The notes beneath the pieces are model-generated. The model saw only the letters and a program-made list of their open reading frames with translations, did no database searches and was not told where the DNA came from. A stretch of DNA of 64,000 nt from an uncultured Chloroflexia bacterium (GTDB lineage: Bacteria; Chloroflexota; Limnocylindria; Limnocylindrales; CSP1-4). The position numbers were made by a program, and so were the translations under genes. The DNA is taken from positions 96,001 through 160,000 of the forward strand of contig CAVVCZ010000006.1 of assembly GCA_963746845.1 (NCBI GenBank), written 5' to 3'. This document shows positions 9,817-18,042 of the stretch, one piece after another (positions within the stretch are counted from its first letter, which is position 1; each line of letters opens with the position of its first letter).

Positions 9817-9833
9817 TGACATCACATTGTCAA
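9817..9833 (-). promoter_or_regulatory. Palindromic operator overlapping the -35 of the DUF2089 operon
   Basis: TGACA-N6-TGTCA inverted repeat; reads TTGACA on the minus strand. Confidence 0.5.
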
Positions 9834-10012
9834 GGGCCGGTTGCACTTTTCGTAATCAACGAGGCTCGAATGAGCGGCACAACACCACGACGGCCGCACC
9901 CGAGCCCGGGCCGAGCACGATCAGCCGAAGGGTCTTGACAGGCATGATTTGATATGCGCACAACGTTCATCCATTGGTGAATGATTGTCAATCACCGAAC
10001 ATGGCGGAGACG

Positions 10013-10636
10013 ATGACAAACGACGATCCGATCCCGGAGCGGGTCATCTCCGACGTCGAGACCCTCAAGGCGCTGTCCGATCCCGTCCGCCTCCGGATCC
10101 TCGAGACGATGGTCCAGGCCCCGGACGACGCGTGGACGGTCAAGCGCCTCGCGGCGGCCCTCGAGGTCGGCCCCACCAAGCTCTACCACCACATCGCGAT
10201 CCTGGAGGAGCGCGAGCTCATCCGCGTCGCCGGAACGCGCGTCGTGTCCGGGATCATCGAGACGAGCTACCGGATCGCCCAGCTCAGCGTCCGCCTGGAC
10301 CGGTCCCTCCTCTCGGCCGGCCCGGACGGGGCCGGGGCGAACGCCATGGAGGACGTTCTGCGGACGCTCTTCGACACCGCCCGCGACGACGTCGGGCGCG
10401 CGCTCCAGCGCGGCGCGATCGGCATGAACGCCGACCCGGCGAGCGGCCGCGGGATCCTCCGCCAGGACCTCCGCCGGCTGACCGCCGCCCAGGCCGTCGA
10501 GTTCCGGACCCGGCTCACGGCCCTCCTCGACGAGTTCGACACGGATCCCCTCGGCCCTGCCGAGGGTGAGCCGTTCGGGCTGCTGATCGCCTTCTACCCC
10601 GTCGCCGACACGAGCAAGGAACCGACCGATGACTGA
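10013..10636 (+). CDS. ArsR-like winged-HTH transcriptional regulator
   Basis: LKALSDPVRLRIL..TVKRLAAAL..KLYHHIAILEE; GGAG RBS. Confidence 0.88.
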   Translation: MTNDDPIPERVISDVETLKALSDPVRLRILETMVQAPDDAWTVKRLAAALEVGPTKLYHHIAILEERELIRVAGTRVVSGIIETSYRIAQLSVRLDRSLLSAGPDGAGANAMEDVLRTLFDTARDDVGRALQRGAIGMNADPASGRGILRQDLRRLTAAQAVEFRTRLTALLDEFDTDPLGPAEGEPFGLLIAFYPVADTSKEPTDD

Positions 10637-11909
10637 CCTGCCCGCGACCGCGCCCGCCCCGCTCGGGGTGCGCGACATCCTCCGGATCCGCAACTACCGC
10701 CTGCTCTGGACGGGCCAGCTGATCTCGGAGGCCGGTGACGGCCTGACGAACCTCGCCCTGCTGCTCCTCGTCAACGCTCTCACCGGCTCGACAGCCGCCC
10801 TCGCCGGCATGGCGATCGTCCTCGCGATCCCGCCCCTGACGATCGGCCTCGTCGCCGGGACGTACGTCGACCGGTTCGACCGCCGCCGGATCATGCTGGC
10901 CTCGGACGCCATCCGCGCGATCGTCGTCCTCGGCTTCATCTTCGTTGGCAGCGCGGACACCCTGTGGCTCCTCTACATCCTCGCCTTCGTCCAGTCGGCC
11001 GTCGGCACGTTCTTCACCCCGGCCCGCGGCGCCATCCTGCCGCGCGTCGTCCCGGGCAACGGCCTCCTCGCCGCCAACTCGCTGTCCCAGGCGACCCGTG
11101 TCGTCTCCGGGATCGTCGGCTCGGCGCTCGCGGGGCTGATCGTCGGCGTGCTGGGCACGTTCTGGCCGGCGTTCGTCCTCGACTCCGCGTCGTTCCTCCT
11201 GTCGTTCATCCTGATCAGCCGGCTGCCCTCGGAGATCGGGCACGTCCGCGCCGCCGCGAAGCGCGCCGCAACGGGGGTCGGTGCCGCGCTCGGTCAGGGC
11301 ATCCGGACGATCGCCGGGTCGCGCGTCCTCCTGACGACGATCCTCGCCCTGGCCATCTCGATGCTGGGCCTCGGCGCGGTCAACGTCCTGTTCGTCCCGT
11401 TCGTCGTGACCGACCTGGGGGTCGGTCCGGTCTGGCTCGGACCCGTCGAGCTCGCCCAGAGCGCCTCGATGATCCTCGCATCCGGGCTGATCACGGTCCT
11501 CGCCCGCCGATTCGCCCCGAGTGCGATCGTGTCGATCGGCATGGCCGGCATCGCCACGATCATCGCGCTGGCCGGGTTCGTCACCGGGATCTGGCAGCTC
11601 CTCGCCCTGATGTTCGCGATCGGCTGGTTCCTGACGCCGCTGCAGGCGTCGGTCATCACGATCCTCCAGACGTCCACGGCGGACGAGGAGCGCGGCCGGG
11701 TGATGTCCGTCCTCCAGGCGGCGATGTCCGCGTCGAGCATCCTGTCGATGGGCTTCGCGGGGATCGCCGGTGACGCCTTCGGGGTCCGCGAGGTGTTCTT
11801 CGCCGCGGGCGCGATCACGGCCGCCGGCTGCCTCGTGTCGATCGTCGGCTACCGGCGCCGCTCGATCGCGGCGACCGCTCCGGCGGCCTCGGTCCCGACC
11901 GTGAGCTGA
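10629..11909 (+). CDS. MFS transporter (DHA3/macrolide-efflux-like)
   Basis: 12 TM; motif A GTYVDRFDRRRIM; overlaps the regulator stop. Confidence 0.93.
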   Translation: MTDLPATAPAPLGVRDILRIRNYRLLWTGQLISEAGDGLTNLALLLLVNALTGSTAALAGMAIVLAIPPLTIGLVAGTYVDRFDRRRIMLASDAIRAIVVLGFIFVGSADTLWLLYILAFVQSAVGTFFTPARGAILPRVVPGNGLLAANSLSQATRVVSGIVGSALAGLIVGVLGTFWPAFVLDSASFLLSFILISRLPSEIGHVRAAAKRAATGVGAALGQGIRTIAGSRVLLTTILALAISMLGLGAVNVLFVPFVVTDLGVGPVWLGPVELAQSASMILASGLITVLARRFAPSAIVSIGMAGIATIIALAGFVTGIWQLLALMFAIGWFLTPLQASVITILQTSTADEERGRVMSVLQAAMSASSILSMGFAGIAGDAFGVREVFFAAGAITAAGCLVSIVGYRRRSIAATAPAASVPTVS

Positions 11910-12098
11910 CCGGGCGATCGGGCGGGACGCCGGGGTCGCGAACCCGCGAGGGTCGTCATCCGTCCACGTCGGCCTCGGCGGATCGTTCGGCCGGATTGAC
12001 GACGGCCGACCGCTGGCCGGTGCACGTGCGAGGCCTACCGTTCGGATCACGAGCGGTCGCCAGATCGCCATCACAGGCCCGAAAGGAGACTCGATCCG

Positions 12099-12218
12099 AT
12101 GTTCGCGCAGTCGCATGTCGTCGAGAACGACCTGCTCGGCGCCTTCCCGGCGCTCCTGCTCCTGCTCGTTCTCGTCCTCACCGCACTCGGCGTCGTCGCT
12201 CACGCGTCATTCGCCTAG
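12099..12218 (+). CDS. Small single-TM protein (39 aa), absent from the ORF track
   Basis: AAAGGAG RBS at 12082-12088; MFAQSHVVENDLLGAFPALLLLLVLVLTALGVVAHASFA; GC3-rich codons. Confidence 0.65.
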   Translation: MFAQSHVVENDLLGAFPALLLLLVLVLTALGVVAHASFA

Positions 12219-12454
12219 CGTCCGCGGGCCGGCCCTGACGGCCGCGCCTCTCACGAGATCCCATGGCCCCGGCGGCTTCACGATGCGGTGGAGCCGGCCG
12301 GGGCCTCCGCGTGTCTACGTCCTTTGCCCCATCGGGCCGTCGAGCGAACGTCGCCCGCGACTGACGCCCGGCGACGATCCTCCGAGCGGGCGGGCAGGGC
12401 CAACATCGGGGCATGCCCGACAGCGAGCCGGGCCACCCACCAGGAGTCACCGCC

Positions 12455-12601
12455 GTGCGCACGATCAAGCTCTGCGCAGCCCAGACCCGCCGGCCGACGA
12501 CCCTGCTCGAGGCGATCGCCCGATCCGTCGCCGAGCTCGAGAAGAGCGGACGCCCGGTCCGCACGGTCCGCCTGCCGATCGCGCGGAGCGCGTTCGCCTG
12601 A
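12455..12601 (+). CDS. Small basic protein (48 aa)
   Basis: CAGGAG RBS, GTG start, MRTIKLCAAQTRRPTTLLEAIARSVAELEKSGRPVRTVRLPIARSAFA, followed by a hairpin. Confidence 0.6.
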   Translation: MRTIKLCAAQTRRPTTLLEAIARSVAELEKSGRPVRTVRLPIARSAFA

Positions 12602-12617
12602 CCCCGAACAGAAACGA

Positions 12618-12647
12618 CGAGGGCGCCCGCCGGAGCGGACGCCCTCG
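12618..12647. terminator. Probable bidirectional terminator hairpin
   Basis: CGAGGGCG...CGCCCTCG stem between convergent genes. Confidence 0.65.
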
Positions 12648-12671
12648 CTCGATTTCCGTGACCGTCAGGTC

Positions 12672-13514
12672 TCAGCCGCCGCGCCAGGTAGTGGCGGACA
12701 TGTTGAGGTCACCGACCACGGACCGGTAGTAGTGGTTCGAGTGAGCGATCGGGTCGAGGATCCCGGTCCGGCCCGGCGTCCGGACCGAGTGGAACGTGAA
12801 GTCCCAGCGCATGTCCCGGGCCGGATCGGTGTAGAAGATCTGCTTGATCGTCCCGGTCGACGTGAACAGCCCGGTGAGGACGAACCCGACCCCGTTGACG
12901 CCCTCGGCGAAGACGGCCCGCGCTCCCGTTCGGAGGAACCCGGCGCCGAAGTTGTCGACCCGCTTGGTCGCGGTCGACTTCGCGGGGTAGCCGGTCCCCC
13001 ACTCGGAGTTGCCCGAGGCGTAGCACAGCCGGTTCAGGATCACGACGCTGTTCGGGGCGAAGGTCAGGTAGCGGTCGACGTAGTAGGCCCCGTAGTACTT
13101 GAGCGTCGAGCTGCCGTCGGAGGCGTTGAGCCCGAGTCCGTCCTTGGTCTTCTCCTGGAACGGCCCGTACGGGCTGGGCCAGCCGTTGCCGTGCCCGAGG
13201 TAGATGAACAGGTTGGCGCCCTTCGAGACGCTCCGCACCCGCGACCACGTCGCGTGGGGGCTGTAGACCTCGTAGACCGCGGCGCCGTAGGAGCGGGCCT
13301 GCGCGGCGATCTTCCTGGCGCTCGCGATGTAGCTGGCGGTCTGCGACCCGACCGGGCCGACGACGATGACGACCTTCTTGCCGGCGGCGAGCGCGGTCCC
13401 CGGCTGCGTGGACAGTCCCCCGACCGCGAGGACGGTGGCGAGCATCGCCAGCCCGATCAGCCGGAAGGGGTGGTGGCGAGACGCCCGCTGGGCGCCGCTC
13501 TGGGCAACTGGCAA
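12672..13514 (-). CDS. Secreted protein with a caspase/gingipain-like His-Cys motif pair
   Basis: GAGGAGG RBS before TTG at 13514; signal peptide ending ALA; FIYLGHG and VILNRLC motifs. Confidence 0.75.
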   Translation of the reverse strand: MPVAQSGAQRASRHHPFRLIGLAMLATVLAVGGLSTQPGTALAAGKKVVIVVGPVGSQTASYIASARKIAAQARSYGAAVYEVYSPHATWSRVRSVSKGANLFIYLGHGNGWPSPYGPFQEKTKDGLGLNASDGSSTLKYYGAYYVDRYLTFAPNSVVILNRLCYASGNSEWGTGYPAKSTATKRVDNFGAGFLRTGARAVFAEGVNGVGFVLTGLFTSTGTIKQIFYTDPARDMRWDFTFHSVRTPGRTGILDPIAHSNHYYRSVVGDLNMSATTWRGG

Positions 13515-14054
13515 CGCTCGTGCCTCCTCTCCGCCGGAACGCCGGGCATGGGGCTCGGCGACGGTGGTGTGGGCCGCCGACGGCAGGAGGTGCGCGCGGT
13601 CGAACGCGAGCGCGGTCGCGTGGACGCGTGTGCTGGAGGCGGCCGGGTGAGCACCGACCGGAGGCGGGGCAGACAAGGCGGGCTCGACGGGTGAGCATGC
13701 TCGTCAGCCGGTGACGACAGGATCCTGCCGTGGGAGGCGGCGGTCTTCGGTTGTGCCTGTCTGTCGGGGGTGGATGCAGCCTGGGGGCCTGTCGGCAGTA
13801 TGCCAGCCGGGTCAAATCAGCGCGTCCCCCGAAGGCACCATGCCCGACCCGCCGAAGGGACGGGTTCCCACGCTCAGCCGGTGACCCGGTGCGCCGGAGG
13901 CCGGTGCCTGGACGCTCCACGGCGGCCGATCGGCTATGCTCCGCGCGATCCACGCTCGCACCGCGTCGTTTGCACGACGTCAAGGGAGGCGAGCGGGAGA
14001 CGACCCAGATCCGCCGACCGCGCAACCCCCCGTGCGCGGCGGCCCAGGAGCCAG

Positions 14055-15323
14055 ATGACCTTCGATACGCTCGGCCTGTCGGCCGATCTCATCCGGACCG
14101 TGGCCGAAGAGGGCTACCTCGAGCCCACCCCGGTCCAGGCCAAGGCGATCCCCCTCGTCCTCGAGGGACGCGACGTCCTCGCAGCCGCCCAGACCGGCAC
14201 CGGCAAGACGGCGGCCTTCACGCTGCCGATCCTCGACCGCCTCCGGCCCCACGCCAACACATCGTTCTCGCCGGCCCGCCATCCGGTCCGCGCGCTGATC
14301 CTCGTGCCGACGCGCGAGTTGGCGATGCAGGTCGACGAGAGCGTCCGGACGTACGGCCGGACGGTGCCGCTCCGCTCGACGGTCGTCTATGGCGGGATGC
14401 CGATGGATCCCCAGATCAAGGCCCTCCGCGACGGCGTCGAGATCCTCGTCGCGACGCCCGGCCGGCTGCTCGATCTCGTCGGCCAGCGGGTCGCGAACCT
14501 CGGCCAGGTCGAGGTCCTCGTCCTCGACGAGGCGGACCGGATGCTCGACATGGGCTTCCTGCCGGACATCCAGCGGATCATCGCCCTCCTCCCCGCCCGT
14601 CGCCAGAACCTGATGTTCTCGGCGACCTTCTCGGACGAGATCCGGCGGCTGTCGCGGACGATCCTCAACAACCCCGACGAGGTCGAGGTGGCTCCCCGCA
14701 ACACGACGGTCGAGGCGATCCGCCAGATCGTCTATCCGGTCGATCGCGACCGGAAGGAGGAGCTGCTCGCGCACCTGATCCGGAAGCACGATCTCCGGCA
14801 GGTCCTCGTCTTCACCCGGACGAAGATCGGGGCGACCCGGCTCGCGACCTGGCTCGACCGCCAGGGGCTGAACGCGGTGGCGATCCACAGCGATCGCTCG
14901 CAGCCGGAGCGGACCCGGGCGCTGGAGGAGTTCAAGACCGGCGAGATCCGGGTCCTCGTCGCGACCGACGTCGCCGCGCGCGGTCTCGACATCGAGGACC
15001 TGCCGCACGTCGTGAACTTCGAGCTGCCGTGGAACCCGCAGGACTACATCCACCGGATCGGGCGGACGGGCCGGGCGGGCGCGACGGGCGAGGCGATCAG
15101 CCTCGTCTGCATCGACGAGGCAGACCTGCTCCGGGGCGTCCAGCGCCTCCTCCGCCAGGCGATCCCCTGGACCGTCGAGGACGGCTTCGTCCCGGACCGG
15201 AACGTCGAGCCGCGACCGCTCCGCGGCGGGATGGACGGCGGGCCTCGCGGCGCTCCGCGCGGCGCCAGCCGGCCCGCGCATCACCCGCACCGGAAGCCGG
15301 TCCAGTACCGGGCGGGCGCCTAG
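14055..15323 (+). CDS. DEAD-box RNA helicase (RhlE-like)
   Basis: Q motif [44 protein letters not shown]; AGGAG RBS. Confidence 0.97.
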   Translation: MTFDTLGLSADLIRTVAEEGYLEPTPVQAKAIPLVLEGRDVLAAAQTGTGKTAAFTLPILDRLRPHANTSFSPARHPVRALILVPTRELAMQVDESVRTYGRTVPLRSTVVYGGMPMDPQIKALRDGVEILVATPGRLLDLVGQRVANLGQVEVLVLDEADRMLDMGFLPDIQRIIALLPARRQNLMFSATFSDEIRRLSRTILNNPDEVEVAPRNTTVEAIRQIVYPVDRDRKEELLAHLIRKHDLRQVLVFTRTKIGATRLATWLDRQGLNAVAIHSDRSQPERTRALEEFKTGEIRVLVATDVAARGLDIEDLPHVVNFELPWNPQDYIHRIGRTGRAGATGEAISLVCIDEADLLRGVQRLLRQAIPWTVEDGFVPDRNVEPRPLRGGMDGGPRGAPRGASRPAHHPHRKPVQYRAGA

Positions 15324-15369
15324 CCCCGTCTGCGCGTCGGCGTCGGCGCCGGGTCCGGCGCCAGGCTGA

Positions 15370-15996
15370 TCAGACCGGCGGACCGGTGGCCGGGAGGACC
15401 GGACGCTCCTCCGGTTCCTCGTCCGCCTCGGCTGCCGCCGGATCGACGGGCGGGGCCTCGGGCCTCGCGGGGATGAACATCAGGAGCGGCTCCTCGACCT
15501 TGGCCGAGATCATCTCGGCACCGGGGAAGAAGAACCCGAGCATCAGGTCCGCCTCGACCCGATCGACGACGTAGCGGTTGACGAGGGCCATCGGCCGCGG
15601 CAGGCCGGTCCCCTCCTCCGCGATCAGGCTGATCGTCACGTCGCGCAGCTGGACGAACTCACCGGTCGGACGGGCAAGGGCCCGGCCGGGGTCGAAGCCG
15701 GGCATCGTCGCCAGCTGGCCGAGGACGCGATACGGACCGACGTCCAGCACGATGTCGTGCCACTGGGCGTGGACGGGCAGATCCTCGGCTTCCTCGGCGG
15801 TCGCGACATGGATGTCGTCGGGCGGGAGGATCAGCTCCGCGCTCTGGCCGGCCGGCGACTCGTCGATCGGGTGCCAGGTCGCGTCCTCGATGCGCACGCT
15901 TCCGCCCGCCTCGAGCGCGTCGCGCAAGTGCGTGGCGCGCGCGACGACGCCAACGGCGATCCCCCCGGCGGTATAGATCTCGACCCGGATCGGCAT
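15370..15996 (-). CDS. Hypothetical protein (possible tandem DUF6812-like beta domains)
   Basis: Typical codon usage; two beta-rich halves (IRVEIYTAGG and IVLDVGPYRVLG). Confidence 0.65.
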   Translation of the reverse strand: MPIRVEIYTAGGIAVGVVARATHLRDALEAGGSVRIEDATWHPIDESPAGQSAELILPPDDIHVATAEEAEDLPVHAQWHDIVLDVGPYRVLGQLATMPGFDPGRALARPTGEFVQLRDVTISLIAEEGTGLPRPMALVNRYVVDRVEADLMLGFFFPGAEMISAKVEEPLLMFIPARPEAPPVDPAAAEADEEPEERPVLPATGPPV

Positions 15997-16156
15997 GCCT
16001 GCTCCCGAGCAGGACCCGAGTCTGCGCCACGGGCGCAAGGGGGTCGCATGACCCGTCGGTACCGACGGTGCGACCCCCGTTGGTCCTGTGGTCAGCCGAT
16101 CGCGGGCTGGGCCCGGCCGGCCCCGATGGCGCCCTCGGTCCGGCGGTGACGAGCCG

Positions 16157-17599
16157 TCAGCCGCCGGCTGACGGCGACGGCGACGGCGACGGCGCGGCCG
16201 AGCCCGCGGGCTTGACCGGCGGCGGCGCGACGACCTTCAGCATCGAGCGGACGATCGCGGCCGGGTCCGCGCGGCTCTGGTTCGTGAGCACGGCGATCGT
16301 GAACCCGTCGGTCGGGAAGTGCCGGACCGCACCCCGGAACCCCAGCAGCTTGCCGCTGTGGCCGAGGCTCGGGTGGCCGTCGATCGTCAGCGCCTGGACG
16401 CCGAAGCTGTACGAGACACCCGGCAGGTAGCCCGTCGTCCGGGTGAAGTCGCTGAGCAACAGGGCCGTCCCGACCGGCCCGAGGACGTCGCCGCCGTACA
16501 GGGCCCGGGCCCAGCGGGCGATGTCCGCGCTCGTGCCCGCCAGCGAGCCGGCACCGCCGGCCGCCGTCACGACCGAGCGGAACGGCGCGACGCCGCTGCC
16601 ATCGGCAAGGTCCGCGGGGCGGGCCGTCGGCTTCGTGCTCGTGACGCGGTAGCCGTCCGCGAGCGGCGCGCGGTTCTTCTCGACCGCCTGGAACCAGGTC
16701 GCCCCCAGGCCGAGCTTGTCGAGGAACCGGGTCCGGATCGAGGTCGCGAGGGGCTGGCCGGTGGCGCGTTCCGCGATGAGCCCGAGGAGGAGGTAGTTCG
16801 TGTTCGAGTAGTGCCACGCCTTGCCGGGCGGCGAGAGCGGCTTGCCGACAAAGCGGAGGGCGTCGGCCGGGGTCCAGGTCCGGGTCGGGTTGCGCTGGAG
16901 GGCGCGATCGATCTTCGGGTTCAGGAAGTAGTCCGCGAGACCGCTCGTGTGGTCGAGCAGCATTCCGACGGTGATCCGTTTGTCGACGGTGATCGGGAGA
17001 CCGGCCGGCAGGAGCGTCGCCGCCGAATCGCCAAGCCGCAACTTGCCTTCCGCCACCAGCTCCAGGACGAGCGCCGACGTGAACGTCTTGCTCATGCTCG
17101 CGAACGCGAAGCCGGTGTCGGGAGCGACGGGGGTCTTCGCGGCGACGTCGGCGAAGCCCGACGCACCCGTCCAGATCGAGCCGTCGGGGAAGATCACCGC
17201 GACGGAGGCGCCGGGGATGGCGAGCTTGACGCGGACGCGGTCGAGGGTCGACTGGAGCCGTCGCTCGAGGGCCGTCCGCGCATCGACCGGGGCCGCGCTT
17301 GAAGACGGTGTCGGGCCGCTGGTCGCGGGGGCCGGCGATTGGGGGCCCGCGACGATCGGCGACGGGCCGGTCGACGCGACGCTGGCCGCCGGTGAGCCGC
17401 CCGCCGGTCTGCCGGTGGGCGGCGATGACGCGGCCGCGAGGACGGGCGGGCTCGACGAGCCCGGGCCCCCGAAGGCGCCGGCGAGCCCGACCCCGAGGAC
17501 GGCCAGGCCGGTGACCAGCACGGCCCCGACGGCGACGCGTCGCGGCGTCGACGCCGCGCGGCGGGGCGTGGGGCGGCTCGGCGTGACGGGTCGGGCCAT
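16157..17599 (-). CDS. Serine hydrolase, beta-lactamase/D-Ala-D-Ala carboxypeptidase family, membrane-anchored or secreted
   Basis: SxxK (SMSK), LLDHTSG, YSNTNY, GHSG; N-terminal TM plus Pro/Ser linker. Confidence 0.92.
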   Translation of the reverse strand: MARPVTPSRPTPRRAASTPRRVAVGAVLVTGLAVLGVGLAGAFGGPGSSSPPVLAAASSPPTGRPAGGSPAASVASTGPSPIVAGPQSPAPATSGPTPSSSAAPVDARTALERRLQSTLDRVRVKLAIPGASVAVIFPDGSIWTGASGFADVAAKTPVAPDTGFAFASMSKTFTSALVLELVAEGKLRLGDSAATLLPAGLPITVDKRITVGMLLDHTSGLADYFLNPKIDRALQRNPTRTWTPADALRFVGKPLSPPGKAWHYSNTNYLLLGLIAERATGQPLATSIRTRFLDKLGLGATWFQAVEKNRAPLADGYRVTSTKPTARPADLADGSGVAPFRSVVTAAGGAGSLAGTSADIARWARALYGGDVLGPVGTALLLSDFTRTTGYLPGVSYSFGVQALTIDGHPSLGHSGKLLGFRGAVRHFPTDGFTIAVLTNQSRADPAAIVRSMLKVVAPPPVKPAGSAAPSPSPSPSAGG

Positions 17600-17676
17600 G
17601 TCGGTGCGACGATACCGTGGCCGTCGTCCGGACCGCGTCCGACCGGCCCGTCCGCTCTCAGACCTCGAGGTGTCGA

Positions 17677-18042
17677 TTGATCCGCTCCCTCCGCTTCCTC
17701 GGTGTCCGCACCGGCGCGTTCGATGCGACCGTGGCCCTGTATCGGGACGCGCTCGCCCTCCAGCCCGTGCTGGAGCGGCGCGGCGCGGCGTGGTTCCGCG
17801 CCGCGGACGGCGCCTCGATCCACGTCTACGACACCTCGGACGAGGACCACGACTTCTTCGACCACGGCCCGGTGGTCGGCTTCGAGGTCGACGACTTCGA
17901 AGCCGCCCGTGCGGCGCTCCTGGTGGCCGGGGTCTCATTCATCGGGGAGCCGCAGCGGGACGGCGGCGTCGCGTGGAACCACTACCGCGGCCCCGACGGC
18001 AACGTCTACGAGATCATCGGGCCGGATCGGAGCGGGACGTGA
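17677..18042 (+). CDS. VOC/glyoxalase family protein
   Basis: GAGGTG RBS with TTG start; VGFEVDDFEAA and RGPDGNVYEI motifs. Confidence 0.88.
   Translation: MIRSLRFLGVRTGAFDATVALYRDALALQPVLERRGAAWFRAADGASIHVYDTSDEDHDFFDHGPVVGFEVDDFEAARAALLVAGVSFIGEPQRDGGVAWNHYRGPDGNVYEIIGPDRSGT

Noticed and set aside
13515-13900. c-di-AMP or c-di-GMP riboswitch ahead of the secreted protein
   Set aside because: I could not find the conserved consensus segments, so it is kept only as an unknown structured element.
16168-16193. GACGGC tandem microrepeat
   Set aside because: It simply encodes the SPSPSPS low-complexity tail of the hydrolase.
16157-17599. Beta-lactam resistance gene
   Set aside because: The motifs fit the broad serine-hydrolase/DD-peptidase family, so resistance cannot be inferred. 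Likewise the two APH-like kinases are not called resistance genes.
16947-18038. N-terminal extension of the 777-aa greA ORF
   Set aside because: It overlaps the serine hydrolase and VOC genes. The real start is the GTG at 18039, coupled to the VOC stop.
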